Positions 14,370 to 26,488 of a stretch of 64,000 nt of DNA are shown here, one piece after another (position 1 is the stretch's first letter; every line of letters begins with the position of its first letter). Made by a program: the position numbers and the translations under genes. Source of the stretch: Pecten maximus (lineage: Eukaryota); assembly GCF_902652985.1 (NCBI RefSeq), contig NC_047027.1, forward strand, positions 8,990,001-9,054,000. The letters are read 5' to 3'. Below the pieces are notes generated by a model that worked only from the letters and a program-made list of their open reading frames with translations, did not search any database and was not told where the DNA came from.

Positions 14370-14925
14370 AGAGGAACAAACCCACCATAACTACAGGGAC
14401 ACACCCACCATTACTAGAGGGACACGCCCACCTTTACAAGAGGGACACACCCACCTTTACTACAGGGACACACCCACCATTACTAGAAGGTCGCAGCCAC
14501 CTTTACTATAGGGACACACCCACCTTTACGAGAGGGACATACCCACCATTAATACAGGGACACGCCCGCCTTTACTACAGGGACACACCCACCTTTACTA
14601 TAGGGACATACCCAACATTACTACAGGGACACACCCACTTTTACTATAGGGACACACCCACCTTTACTACAGGGACATACCCACCTTTACAAGAGGGACA
14701 CACCCACCTTTTAAAGAGGGACACACCCACCATTACTAGAAGGTCGCAGCCACCTTTACTATAGGGACACACCCACCTTTACTAGAGGGACATACCCACC
14801 ATTACTATAGGGACATGCCCACCATTACTATAGGGACACGCCCACCTTTACTATAAGGACACACCCACTTTTACTATAGGGACACACCCACCTTTTAAAG
14901 AGGGACACACCCACCCTCACTATAG
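14370..14925. repeat. 23-bp minisatellite (GGGACACACCCACCTTTACTATA)
   Basis: Tandem periodicity. Confidence 0.93.
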
Positions 14926-15017
14926 ACTTCAACATTGACATCAAGTCCTAATTCATACTAGGACTAAGACATTATACAAAGGAAAGTCTTTATAGAACTT
15001 TCTGTTTGTGTTTGTAG

Positions 15018-15196
15018 TCGCCAGGTGTAGACAGTGGAGATCCTCAACAACAAGATGCTGCCCTCAAAATCCAGACAGAATACCGCAGACACTCTGCCAA
15101 AAAGGAAGTGGATGGCATGCGCGAGGAGGATGCTGCCACGACCATCCAAGCTGGGGTCAGAGGTCACCAGGACAGACAGAAAGTTGATGAAATGAA
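15018..15196 (+). CDS. SPA17: Exon with two IQ motifs: SPGVDSGDPQQQDAALKIQTEYRRHSAKKEVDGMREEDAATTIQAGVRGHQDRQKVDEM
   Basis: Acceptor tttgtag, donor AA|GTAAGT; phase 0 to phase 2. Confidence 0.9.
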
Positions 15197-15625
15197 GTAA
15201 GTACACTAATGACAGCAAAGTTAAAAGGTTATATGGGGTCAAAGGTCACCAGGAAAGACAGAAAGTTGATGAAATGAAGTAAGTACACTAATAACAACAA
15301 AGTTCAAAGGTTATTTGGGGTTAGAGGTCATAAGATTAGACAGAAGCTGGAAGAGATAAAGTAAGTTACACTAGTTACAACAGAGTTAAAAGGTCGAATG
15401 GGGTCAGAGGTCATCAGAACAGACAGAAAGTGGAAGAGATGAAGTTAGTTAAACTAGTGACAACAGAGTGAAAAGGTTGGGTCAGAGGTCACTAAAATAG
15501 ATGCAAGATGGAAGAGGTTTAATGGCACTTTAGTGACCAGCTGAGATAAAAGGTCATTTTGTACCAAAGGTCACCAGGTCAAACAGAAGCTTGATGTGAT
15601 GAAGTAAAATCCACAATTGACAACA
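15152..15625. repeat. ~82-bp degenerate tandem repeat spanning the exon-3 3' end and donor
   Basis: GGGGTCAGAGGTCA...ACAGAAAGT.GA.GA.ATGAAGTAAGT recurs 5-6 times with increasing divergence. Confidence 0.8.
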
Positions 15626-15903
15626 GACTGTTTAGTCCACCAATATACTAGCAAACACAGATCTTTATATTGTCACAGCAATAGTTTATTACCGGGAAAT
15701 CAAGGTGATGCTGGAGGTAAAGTGAGGATGCCTCTGTGCCAAATCTAATAATGAGACTGATTACATATTGGTCACGTTTTATTATAGTAAAGTAATATAG
15801 TAATGGTCCTGTATATCAGTAGATGTCTGGACCAGCTGATGTTCACATCCTGACAGCTCCCAACCATGATCATCAAGTAAGTCACATCATCTGTTTATGC
15901 TAG

Positions 15904-16633
15904 TATTTGGAGATATTAAGGTTGAGAATTTTGAAATATATAGGTTGAGAATTTGGAGATATTAGGTTGAATGTTTGGAGATATTAGGTTGAGAATTTTG
16001 AAATATATAGGTTGAGAATTTGGAGATATTAGGTTGAGTATTTGGAGATATTAAGTTGAGAATTTTGAAATATATAGGTTGAGAATTTGGAGATATTAGG
16101 TTGAATATTTGGAGATATTAGGTTGAATATTTGGAGATATTAGGTTGAGAATTTGGAGATATTAGGTTGAGAATTTGGAGATATTAGGTTGAGTATTTGG
16201 AGATATTAGGTTGAGAATTTGGAGATATTAGGTTGAGTGTTTGGAGATATTAGGTTGAATGTTTGGAGATATTAGGTTGAGAATTTGGAGATATTAGGTT
16301 GAGTGTTTGGAGATATTAGGTTGAGAATTTGGAGATATTAGGTTGAGTATTTGGAGATATATAGGTTGAGAATTTGGAGATATTAGGTTGAGTATTTGGA
16401 GATATTAGGTTGAGAATTTGGAGATATTAGGTTGAGTGTTTGGAGATATTAGGTTGAGTGTTTGGAGATATTAGGTTGAGAATTTGGAGATATTAGGTTG
16501 AGTATTTGGAGATATTAGGTTGAGTGTTTTGAGATATTAGGTTGAGAATTTGGAGATATTAGGTTGAGAATTTGGAGATATTAGGTTGAATATTTGGAGA
16601 TATTAGGTTGAGTGTTTGGAGATATTAGGTTGA
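15904..16633. repeat. 22-bp minisatellite (TTGGAGATATTAGGTTGAGAAT)
   Basis: Tandem periodicity. Confidence 0.95.
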
Positions 16634-16834
16634 CAATAGATTTAAAATGGGTATTCTGTCCTGTGTTACAGCAATAATGTACCACATATATATGTTGAAT
16701 TTTTGGAAGGTAAGGCTTGATTATCGAGATAGTTCAACTTAAGATAAATGTTCATTTTAGAGGCTACAGATTTACAAAGTTACTCATGTATCTGTGATGA
16801 AAGTTCAATAATTTTGCCATTAATGTTTTTCTGT

Positions 16835-17140
16835 TAAGGATTAAGGAAGATAGGGCCAGCAAATTTTGGTATAAGGATGATACGGCTAGTAGTTTAAGGA
16901 TTAAGGAAGATAGGACTGGTAATTATAGGATTAAGGAAGATAGGACTGTTAGTTTTAGGATTAAGGAAGATAGGACTAGTAATTATAGGATTAAGGAAGA
17001 TAGGACTGGTTATCTTAGGATTAAGGAAGCTTGGACTGGTAATTATAGGATTAAAGAAGACAGAAATGGTAGGATTAAGGAAGATAGGACTTGTAATATA
17101 AGGAAGATATATAGGGCCAGTAGTTTAGGAAGATAGGACA
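16835..17140. repeat. 30-bp minisatellite (GGATTAAGGAAGATAGGACTGGTAATTATA)
   Basis: Tandem periodicity. Confidence 0.85.
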
Positions 17141-17382
17141 GTATATAATCAGTTTTACGATTTCAGCTAAGGTATCGGTGATTGCTGAACAATACCACAT
17201 AGGGAAACTTCTTGTTTGGATCAGCTATTTAAAGGAAAGAGTGGAAGTTTATATTAATGTAGGCTCGCCTGTTCTGAGTTTGTTAGAATTGTTCATGCCA
17301 TTTTAATCTCTTTACTGTGTTGACACTTCTTGACTTATTGAAAAAATTAATGGAGAAGAAAGTTAGGTGAGAAGAAAATTTA

Positions 17383-17620
17383 GGTGGCAAGGTTGCACAG
17401 AAGTAACATTGGACATTGACCTAGACTTCCAGGGTTCAATTTCCAGAGCGTATGTGAAAAGGTTTGGAGATCATCTGCCTAACTAACTGGGTACTTTAGT
17501 TTTCTCTATGAGTAAGACCTCCCCCAATTGTTTTCTATCCAGGCAAACAGGACGTGATTCATTATGAGTTGATAAAACTTGTTTTACAATTGTTGAAAAG
17601 AAAACAAGGTTTACACTTTT
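17383..17620 (+). mobile_element. Possible old degenerate SINE of another family
   Basis: GGTGGC start, GGGTTCAATTTCC B-box-like motif, GGGTACTTTAGTTTTCTC central motif. Confidence 0.3.
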
Positions 17621-17645
17621 TATAAAGTTTATTTTGATGTTACAG

Positions 17646-17778
17646 AGAAACTGAGGAGAGACTAAAGTCTCAGGATGTCGACATTAACCTGGAAGATCCC
17701 GAGGTTGAGGCTGCCGCCGTCAAAATACAGGCAGGGTTCAAAGGGTACAAGGCAAGGAAAGAGGTCAAGGAGACCAAG
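17646..17778 (+). CDS. SPA17: Acidic-IQ exon (K)[44 protein letters not shown]
   Basis: Acceptor gttacag in phase 2 matches the previous exon; donor AAG|GTTAGT. Confidence 0.92.
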
Positions 17779-18742
17779 GTTAGTCGGGTCACATGTTATA
17801 AACAGCCTGGGAAATATATTGGCTTTACTCATCATATCCTGATTGTGATGGCTTCATCTACAGAGCAGGACTCTGTTATAAAATAGTAATGGCAGCCAAA
17901 GGTCAAATACTGACCTTGACCTCGAAATTTATCACGGACAGGTAAACACAGAAAGGTACAATTGACCAAGGGTCAATAGATGACTTCAAAGGGTAGTGCA
18001 AGGTCATGTTTTGTAAGATGATCTTTAACCTCATAAGGTAAGGTTTGTATGATGACATTGGGTTTTTAAAAAGATGTATTGGTGTGATGACCTTTGACCT
18101 TTAAAGGTAAGATTTTGCTAGATCTGAAGGTAGATGTGGACAGCTTGTGCTACTTACTTGAGTTTGCTTTGTTTGGCTTGCTTAGCTGATGTTGTTTGTG
18201 GTTTCAGCACATGAGGTACTTTTGTACACCAAAATAACTCACATTTGATGTCACATTGTGTGAGGTTATCTCCCTTTATTCTACATCAATCCTACATCAT
18301 TATTTCATGGATTTCAATGTTTTTCATTGTACAGTTTACCTCAAATATTTGAAGGAAAAAAAAATATTATTTTACTTATAACTGCATGAGCATAGTTACA
18401 TTCATACATATATGAATGTATCATGGTACAATACACTGACTGGGAATTGTATGCATGCTTGATAGAGTAAACTAATTTGTATTAAAACAGCGAAATGTAT
18501 GTAAATCATATTACAACTCATGGTGAACAAAGAAAAAGTAAATATCAATTGATTACATTGATGGAAGCTGTACTGTAAAGGGAGGTAATCGATGTCTGAT
18601 CAATTTTATATTTAACTACAGTCCTGTAATATATAGATACTATATAATTATAGATTACTGGATGGCACGAACTTTATTCATAGTTTTAGTGGTAGATTAT
18701 AAAAAATAATATAAAAAATCTTGAATTTAATTCAAAATATAG

Positions 18743-18910
18743 AGTAAGAGTGAAGTTCAAGAGTCCACAGAAGATGCAGCTCAAGGGGAGACAACTGTGA
18801 CAAAACAGGAATCAGAAGAGGTAATTGACATAGACCTTGAGGACCCTGATGTAGAGAAAGCGGCCAACCTTATTCAGAATAAATTCCGCCGTCATCCCAA
18901 AAAAAAGTGA
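18743..18910 (+). CDS. SPA17: Alternative terminal exon, PEP-19-like: SKSEVQ...EEVIDIDLEDPDVEKAANLIQNKFRRHPKKK*
   Basis: Acceptor aaaatatag, phase 0; acidic-IQ module ending in in-frame TGA at 18908-18910; AATAAA at 19654 and 20366. Confidence 0.8.
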   Translation, partial: SKSEVQESTEDAAQGETTVTKQESEEVIDIDLEDPDVEKAANLIQNKFRRHPKKK

Positions 18911-21348
18911 CTGAAAACATTAACAAAGACTTGTTTTGAAATTTGCGATTTAATGAATCCATTTTCATGAAAATTTGTTTAGAATATTTGGTGCTTAGTA
19001 AAATGAATTCAAAGGAAATAATTGGCTTTTATGTTTGAATTAAATTTTTCTGTAATGCCATTTTTGGAATTCAATTTTATTAGATAAAAATAGGTAGAAC
19101 TAGAGTGCTGCCCCCAATAGTACAATGACCGGTAACTTAATCTGTATAGTATATAACTGTACTGTCTTCTTTAGCTGGTCTGGGAATCAAATCATTGTAG
19201 AGGTCAGTCATGTCGGTTTGTAAAAAGGAAATCTTGAATATAGTAAGTGAGGATCAACTTCAAGTTAGAAAAGAGCCAAACAAATGAGAACTCTTCATCC
19301 TTAGAGGTACATTATAGTGCAGGGTCACTCTACCTTAAGTGTAATTATTTGGAGTTTAAGTGCCCCAGTATAACATAACTCCCTATTGACATATCAAAAA
19401 TATATGATATTCATGTGTACGGCCATTCATTTAAGTGGACATCATTGGTCTAGTTTGCTGGATAACAGGACTATGTTGTGATACCTAGTCATTATAACTA
19501 AAGGCTCAGCCAGCGGGAGTCATTACTCTGATAGGTTAATACAGTACCCTAGAGGAAACAGTACTGTAGTTCTGAATAGGATATTCTGGTGGTGCATCAC
19601 ATAGGACCAATTACTGTTTTATAAGTTAGACCAAGCAGTGGTAGAAACTCCCTAATAAACACACTCCTACTGTTAGCAGGCAGCCATTTCATCACTTGTT
19701 GATTTTTGGAATGATTCCAAATTTGCACCCTTCATCCAAAATTACCTTTATTGTGGGAAAAAATGGCACATTTATACATTTCATGGAATTTATAGCTATT
19801 TTATTATAGAAAAATGTAAAATATCATTTTTCATAGGAGTTGTTGGGTAGTAGAGAGGTGGGATGTAGATGGGAGTCTTATACATTTTTCAGAAATGTTT
19901 TGTATTGCCATTCAGAATAGGTATTGGGCAGTGTGCATTAATTTGTTAAACTGTCCCGGGTACACATGTACACATATATGACACCCTGTGTATTACCTGG
20001 GCTAACTTGTGGAAACAATGAATTACAGATTAGATGATTTAATAATGCTTTAAATCTTGTACTGATGTAAACTATTTCGGCACAGTTAGGGGGGGGGGGT
20101 CAAGATTTTATGGGGGGGATCAATATTTTATGCATAAAATACTGACCCGGGTCGGTATTTCATGGGGATCAGAATTTTATAGGACACCGGTACATTCAAA
20201 CCACTCTTTGTTTTTCCATAACAATTGAATATGATGCAGTCATCAAATAATCAAATTCTGTGTAAATCTTGTTATTTATTGAATTTCAACTCTATAATTT
20301 AACTATGTAATATACTGGTTATAATAACTTCCATGGGATATTGATTGATTAAAGTTTTCAGCAGTAATAAAGTTTTACTGATAATTTGTGTCTAAATTCA
20401 GGGTTCAATGTCAAGAGTACTCCCCTTATATAGGAAGGGTTAATTGACAGGTAGATGACTTGATTGAATAGGAAATGAAACCTTTTTAAACCCATGTTTA
20501 CAAGGAGCATTCAGCAAAGAGAACTAAACATTATAACCAATAAGTAGGTCTTTAACATCTTGTTTGACCAATCAGATGTCCCGTAACATCTATCAGAATA
20601 ACAGTATACAGTACCAGGAAACATTGTTGTCAATAGGCTCTTTAATATTCATACAACAAGAAAATGAAAATGGCTAGTACGAACAATAAATTATTTAGGA
20701 TTTTGTTATCAATTATTCAATACTTCATGCCACAATCAACCAAATTTATTTAAAAAAAATCAATACTTGCCTAACAGCTTTTCATATTCGTGCAGTCATT
20801 GGGGAACCTTTAATGAATAGAAAAGTGTTTTATTATGGAGGCACTAACACATCTAGAAAAAACCTGATAACAGCTCAGTGTAGTCGAGACTCGTTCATAA
20901 CAGGCAGTACACATATCAAAAACAGTTTATTTGTTCATGACAGATTCATTATAATGAACATGATGTGAACATTGGGCACTTTGTTATACCAGATGTAATT
21001 CTTATATTTACTGTTAATTTCTTCCTGAATAATTTTTTTTTTAAAGGACAAAATGTTGATAAAAGATGTCTTCTGAACTGACTTCTTCAAAATTATGAAT
21101 TTAACATGGTAAAAAAACTACAACAGTTAGAAAAATAGCAGTTCGTCAGATATTGTTTGATCTTAGTGCTTAACGAAGACATCAGGAAGGAGTGTTAATC
21201 TTAGTGCTTAGTTGTGTTCTACAAAAAAAAAATAGATTTAAATGAATTAATTTAAGTTTTGTTTTGTGTTTTATTTGTATTTATTGTGTTATCTACAGTT
21301 TTACTTTTGAATAGGTAAAATGGAAAAAAAAACTGCATTGAAAGTTGC

Positions 21349-22057
21349 AATAATAGTTCATTCAACCTTAGGTATACAAAAATGATAGTTAATTCAACCT
21401 TAGGTATACAAAAATAATAGTTCATTCATTAACCTTAGGTATACAAAAATAATAGTTCATTCAACCTTAGGTATACAAAAATAATTGTTCATTCAACCTT
21501 AGGTATACAAAAATAATTGTTCATTCAACCTTAGGTATACAAAAATAATAGTTCATTCAACCTTAGGTATACAAAAATAAAAGTTCATTCAACCTTAGGT
21601 ATACAAAAATAATTGTTCATTCAACCTTAGGTATACAAAAATGATAGTTAATTCAACCTTAGGTTTACAAAAATAATAGTTCATTCAACCTTAGGTATAC
21701 AAAAATAATTGTTCATTCAACCTTAGGTATACAAAATTAATAGTTCATTCAACCTTAGGTATACAAAAATGATAGTTCATTCAACCTTAGTTATACAAAA
21801 ATAATAGTTAATTCAACCTTAGGTATACAAAAATAATAGTTCATTCAACCTTAGTTATACAAAAATGATAGTTAATTCAACCTTAGGTATACAAAAATAA
21901 TAGTTCATTCAACCTTAGGTATACAAAAATAATAGTTAATTCAACCTTAGGTATACAAAAATGATAGTTAATTCAACCTTAGGTATACAAAAATAATAGT
22001 TAATTCAACCTTAGGTATACAAAAATGATAGTTCATTCAACCTCAGGTATACAAAAA
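21349..22057. repeat. 32-bp minisatellite (TTCATTCAACCTTAGGTATACAAAAATAATAG), about 22 copies
   Basis: Tandem periodicity. Confidence 0.96.
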
Positions 22058-22790
22058 GTTGTTTGGCCAAGGAGATTGGTACTCTACAGATTTGAATATA
22101 AACAAGTGAATTTATATCAAATCTTCATCTTGGATTGTGCATTCTTATAAGGACCGCTTTCAAGAAAAAACATTAAAAAGTCTTCAAAACAGGTTTGGCT
22201 AAACTTAAAATAAATGAATAAATGAATATGATCAATTATATAGGGAAATATTCCCACAGCCGTTTTCTTATTTTATCAGCCTGTTGCTATTTTTCACATG
22301 TACCACTTACACTACTTGTTGTTGGTAGTACACGAAAGCCTCTAACAGCTTGTTGCTTTGGAAATAATTTATCTCATAAGTATAATGCTATATAAGTGTT
22401 GGTTTTTTTGGCCGTCATTTTGAGAAAACATTGTTAACAGGTATCTGATAATTTAAAATAGATGTCACAGAAACAGTCTGTTGTCATGTATCAATGTGGT
22501 GATGTTGTTTTGGTTTAATGTTTTATAGCCAAAAACGTTGTTATTTCTCTTATTTATTAGGTGTTTTTTATTATTCATTTTTTAATAAAAGTAGAATATT
22601 TTTCAAAATTTCGTTTTGATTACTAGAATATATATTTACGATATCCCCTTTTAAATTAAAGCAGACACCATAAGGCTGGTGGAAAATTAGTACAAAATAA
22701 CTCCCTCTACAAAACTGTTGTTTAACAGAAATTATTAACCATCAATAAAGCTGTTATCAGAGGCTGATGTGCTACAGTTTTTGTTAACTT

Positions 22791-22966
22791 TACCATATTT
22801 ATCCAGCTATAAGCCCATGCTTGGTAATAAGCCACCTATATCTAATGTAGCTCAGTAAAAGTATTAACAAATACTGTTTTATTGCCCGGCTGAATAAACC
22901 CAGTCTCTATTTTGAGTCCAAATTAATGTGTCGGCCTCCTGGGCTTATTACTGGATAAATATGGTA
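22791..22966. mobile_element. Tc1/mariner-pogo type MITE
   Basis: 27-bp terminal inverted repeats including the flanking TA: TACCATATTTATCCAGCTATAAGCCCA and TGGGCTTATTACTGGATAAATATGGTA (2 mismatches). Confidence 0.8.
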
Positions 22967-23077
22967 GTTATTGCTGTTGCTGCTCTTGTTGTCTTGTTTA
23001 CTGTTGCCACGAGTGTTTGTTGCCACTAGCTTGTTGCCACTGCATGAGTTTGTTGTGTTGTTTGTTGATTAATCAAG

Positions 23078-23185
23078 GCTAATGCTGATCAAGCTGATTT
23101 AGACCCAACTGCTAACGAAGCGGCCACTAAAATACAGGCTGGATTCAGAGGTCACAAGGTCAGAAAGGAGGTCAGGGCCAAAAAG
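23078..23185 (+). CDS. SPA17: IQ cassette exon ANADQADLDPTANEAATKIQAGFRGHKVRKEVRAKK
   Basis: Acceptor aatcaag (weak), donor AAG|GTAGGT; 108 nt, phase 0-0. Confidence 0.85.
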
Positions 23186-23244
23186 GTAGGTCAGAGTTCA
23201 AAGGTTACATTCTGTTATATCTTTGACTTTTGAGGATTTGAGGG

Positions 23245-23917
23245 AGTACATCATGTCACAGGTGTGTAAATGTTGTGACATTAGATAGAAGGGTGTACAT
23301 CATGTCACAGGTGTGTATATGTTGTGACATTAGATAGAAGGGTCTACATGATGTCACAGGTGTGTAAATGTTGTGACATTAGATAGAAGGGCGTACATCA
23401 TGTCACAGGTGTGTATATGTTGTGACATTAGATAGAAGGGCGTACATCATGTCACAGGTGTGTAAATGTTGTGACATTAGATAGAAGGGTGTACATGATG
23501 TCACAGGTGTGTAAATGTTGTGACATTAGATAGAAGGGTGTACATCATGTCACAGGTGTGTATATGTTGTGACATTAGATAGAAGGGTGTACATGATGTC
23601 ACAGGTGTGTATATGTTGTGACATTAGATAGAAGGGTGTCCATGATGTCACAGGTGTGTAAATGTTGTGACATTAGATAGAAGGGCGTACATGATGTCAC
23701 AGGTGTGTGAATGTTGTGACATTAGATAGAAGGGTATACATGATGTCACAGGTGTGTAAATGTTGTGACATTAGATAGAAGGGTCTACATGATGTCACAG
23801 GTGTGTAAATGTTGTGACATTAGATAGAAGGGTATACATGATGTCACAGGTGTGTAAATGTTGTGACATTAGATAGAGGGCGTACATGATGTCACAGGTG
23901 TGTAAATGTTTTGACAC
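23245..23917. repeat. 48-bp minisatellite with internal inverted repeat ATGTCACA/TGTGACAT, about 14 copies
   Basis: Tandem periodicity. Confidence 0.96.
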
Positions 23918-24835
23918 TAAACACTACCACCATTCAGTTTTTATAATTAACAACTGTGGGTGTAGTTTTTTTCTATTTAATTAGTATTTGTTTTCCTGTT
24001 ATATACAATTTTCAAATTTATTGATTTATCCTGTACATGTTTAAAGTCCGTTTTTTTGCCATTGCCTCCCACTCTGCCAGATCAAAGGCTAGGGTAAAAT
24101 TCCTAGGCCTATTGTGGGTTTACCAGAGATATCATTCACATTTTTAACTCGATCATGTCAACGTTTATGTGGGGACAGCTTCAGTTTATTTGTCAGTCTA
24201 AAATACATGAATAACAGATTAGTAATATATTGTTAAAAGTGTATCTGATGGTGACAATGGTTAGCTAAATAAGACTGTATGCCATATTATTTTAATTCAT
24301 CTTAAGCAGCTTTTCTTTGGATTACTTGAATTCTTAAATTGATGAACAATAACAAAACTTAACTGCTGTTCATGTCTAAACTCGACCCAAGAAGTTGAAA
24401 ATATCTCTCCTAAATAGTGAGAGTTTGCATGTTTAACTTTTTTTCAAATTGAAAAGTTCACATTTATTTGTAAAAATCTTTTTGCAGCATGGAAAATTTC
24501 CATATTTGAAGTGCTGCTACAATGTCTGATAACATGATATAAAATAGCAGTATATTTGTGTATCTGTTCTGCATTAAACAGGAACCATACTACAAAAAAT
24601 TATCATTAAAATGTTATCGTCTGTTTCCTTAATTACACCAGTGTGTAAAATTAGGAACGTAACAGTTTGCAGATGAATCTGCTTAGTATCAACATTGAGA
24701 TATCATGACTGAGAATATCAGAAAAACATCAAAGATAGTGTCTTACTGAAATTCATTTCCATTTAATCATTCTTGGGAGTGTCAGTATCATTTAATTCTT
24801 TTACGACAAAATTAGCTGACATACCAGCAAAACCT

Positions 24836-25031
24836 TTTTATGCCCCCCGGCCGCCATGAAATAGGGGGCTTATAGTGTTACCCATGTCTGTCCCAAACCG
24901 CCGCACTGCGTCCCGTCTCATCCCAATGTAACTACACAGTAGCTAATCTCTGGAATTTTAACTACTGATGTGATGTGATCAGGGTGTCAAGTGGCAGCGG
25001 GTCATTTATGTCTAACAGACATTTTCTAGTT
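24836..25031 (+). mobile_element. Short degenerate HINE-like element
   Basis: TTTTATGCCCCC...GGGGGCTTATAG 5' hairpin, gtctgtcc remnant, and 3' end ATGTCT-AAC-AGACAT-TTTCTAGTT. Confidence 0.5.
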
Positions 25032-25213
25032 TTAACAGCTAGCTTCTATGATTTCTATGGCAACTTTCAACACCACCATTTAAATTTCTGTTTTGTAATG
25101 TGTAACCTTTAAGGGAGGAAGTCGGTAGTATTTGCTGTATTTTCTGTTAGTTTGGTGTCTGATATACATATGAAAGTTCCATCAATCAATATGATTTTGA
25201 TTTTTCTTACTAG

Positions 25214-25345
25214 GAATCCCAAGAGACCAGCACTGAGGAGAAAAAAGAAGAAATTGATATTAATCTTGATGATCCTGAAGTAGAAAAAGCAGCGACCAAG
25301 ATTCAGGCAGGTTTCCGTGGCCACAGGACGAGAAAGGAAATGAAG
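25214..25345 (+). CDS. SPA17: Acidic-IQ cassette exon ESQETSTEEKKEEIDINLDDPEVEKAATKIQAGFRGHRTRKEMK
   Basis: Acceptor tttttcttactag, donor AAG|GTAAAT; 132 nt. Confidence 0.92.
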
Positions 25346-25945
25346 GTAAATACATACATCATGAGTATGTGTACCAGTGATCTGATTAATATTATATACA
25401 TCTTCTTTATACAGAATGCTTCTCCGGACTGTTTTCAAGCGAAAGGAATAACCGACTTTATATGTTGTACCTGCTTCCTTGGTAATCAATACAGTAAATA
25501 TATTAGTGGGATCAGCTTATAAACACATAAACAAGCACCAATTTGAGGTTAGTCAAGGTCACACAAGTATTTGGAATGTAGCATACATTTGTATATATTA
25601 TAATTTCAGATTACGATAGAAATAAGATTTCTCATATTTTTTGTTCTTATTGTAATCAGATTATTTAATCACCTAATTGAAAAAATTATACATCATCTTG
25701 GCTGTAAGTTCAGAATTTCCTTTTAAGAACAACACAATGCTATTTCTAATGATTATTTATAAACTTAACATTAGTGTGCTATTTTTTTTTATTTTTTTTT
25801 ATTACCAATGTAAGAATCTAGAATTCTTTTACTTTTAATGGAGATGAACTGATGAGTTCAATTATAGAGGTACTTAAGAGAGAAAGACTTGTACTTCTGT
25901 CAATTCGATAGCTGCCACATGAACTTCCAATTCACTAAATCACAG

Positions 25946-26488
25946 GGAACAACACAGACATCTGGTGGAGAAGAGGCTGGAGTATCTGATACAGGGGAGG
26001 TAACTCAAGAGAAATCAGATGAAACTAAAGTAGATGAGACTTCCCAAGAAAATACTGATGAAGTTAAAGAGGAAACATCTGATAAAAAAATAGATGAAAC
26101 TGAAGTTTCAGAGCAAAAATCTGACGAAGCTTCTGAACAAAAAACCGATGAAGTTTCTGAACAAAAAACTGATGAAGTTTCTGAACAAAAAACTGATGAA
26201 GTTTCTGAACAAAAAACTGATGAACAATTAGATGAGGTCAGAGAACAAAACTCTGATGAAAAAGTTGAGGAAACTCAGATTGAAGAAAAATCTGAAGAGA
26301 AAGTTGATGAAAACAAATTAGAACAAACTTCTCAAGAAATTGCGAAGGAAACCGTAGATCAGGCTCAATCAGAAGAAAAACTTGATGAAAATGTATCAGA
26401 TACTCCAGCTGAAAAAACAACAGATGAAAAATCAGAGGAAAAAGTTGAGGAAAGTCCTTCCACACAGACTGAAGAGCAAAATGAACAG
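25946..26488 (+). CDS. SPA17: Glu/Asp/Lys-rich disordered exon (181 aa, EQKTDEVS repeats), no IQ; read-through ends at TAG 26501-26503
   Basis: Lies within ORF 25889..26503; acceptor cacag, possible donor CAG|GTGATA; phase 0-0. Confidence 0.8.

Noticed and set aside
15823-15876. Possible mini exon ATG TCT GGA...CAA|GTAAGT
   Set aside because: As an internal exon it has an in-frame TGA; as a first exon its phase-0 donor does not fit the next (phase-2) exon. Unsupported without RNA data.
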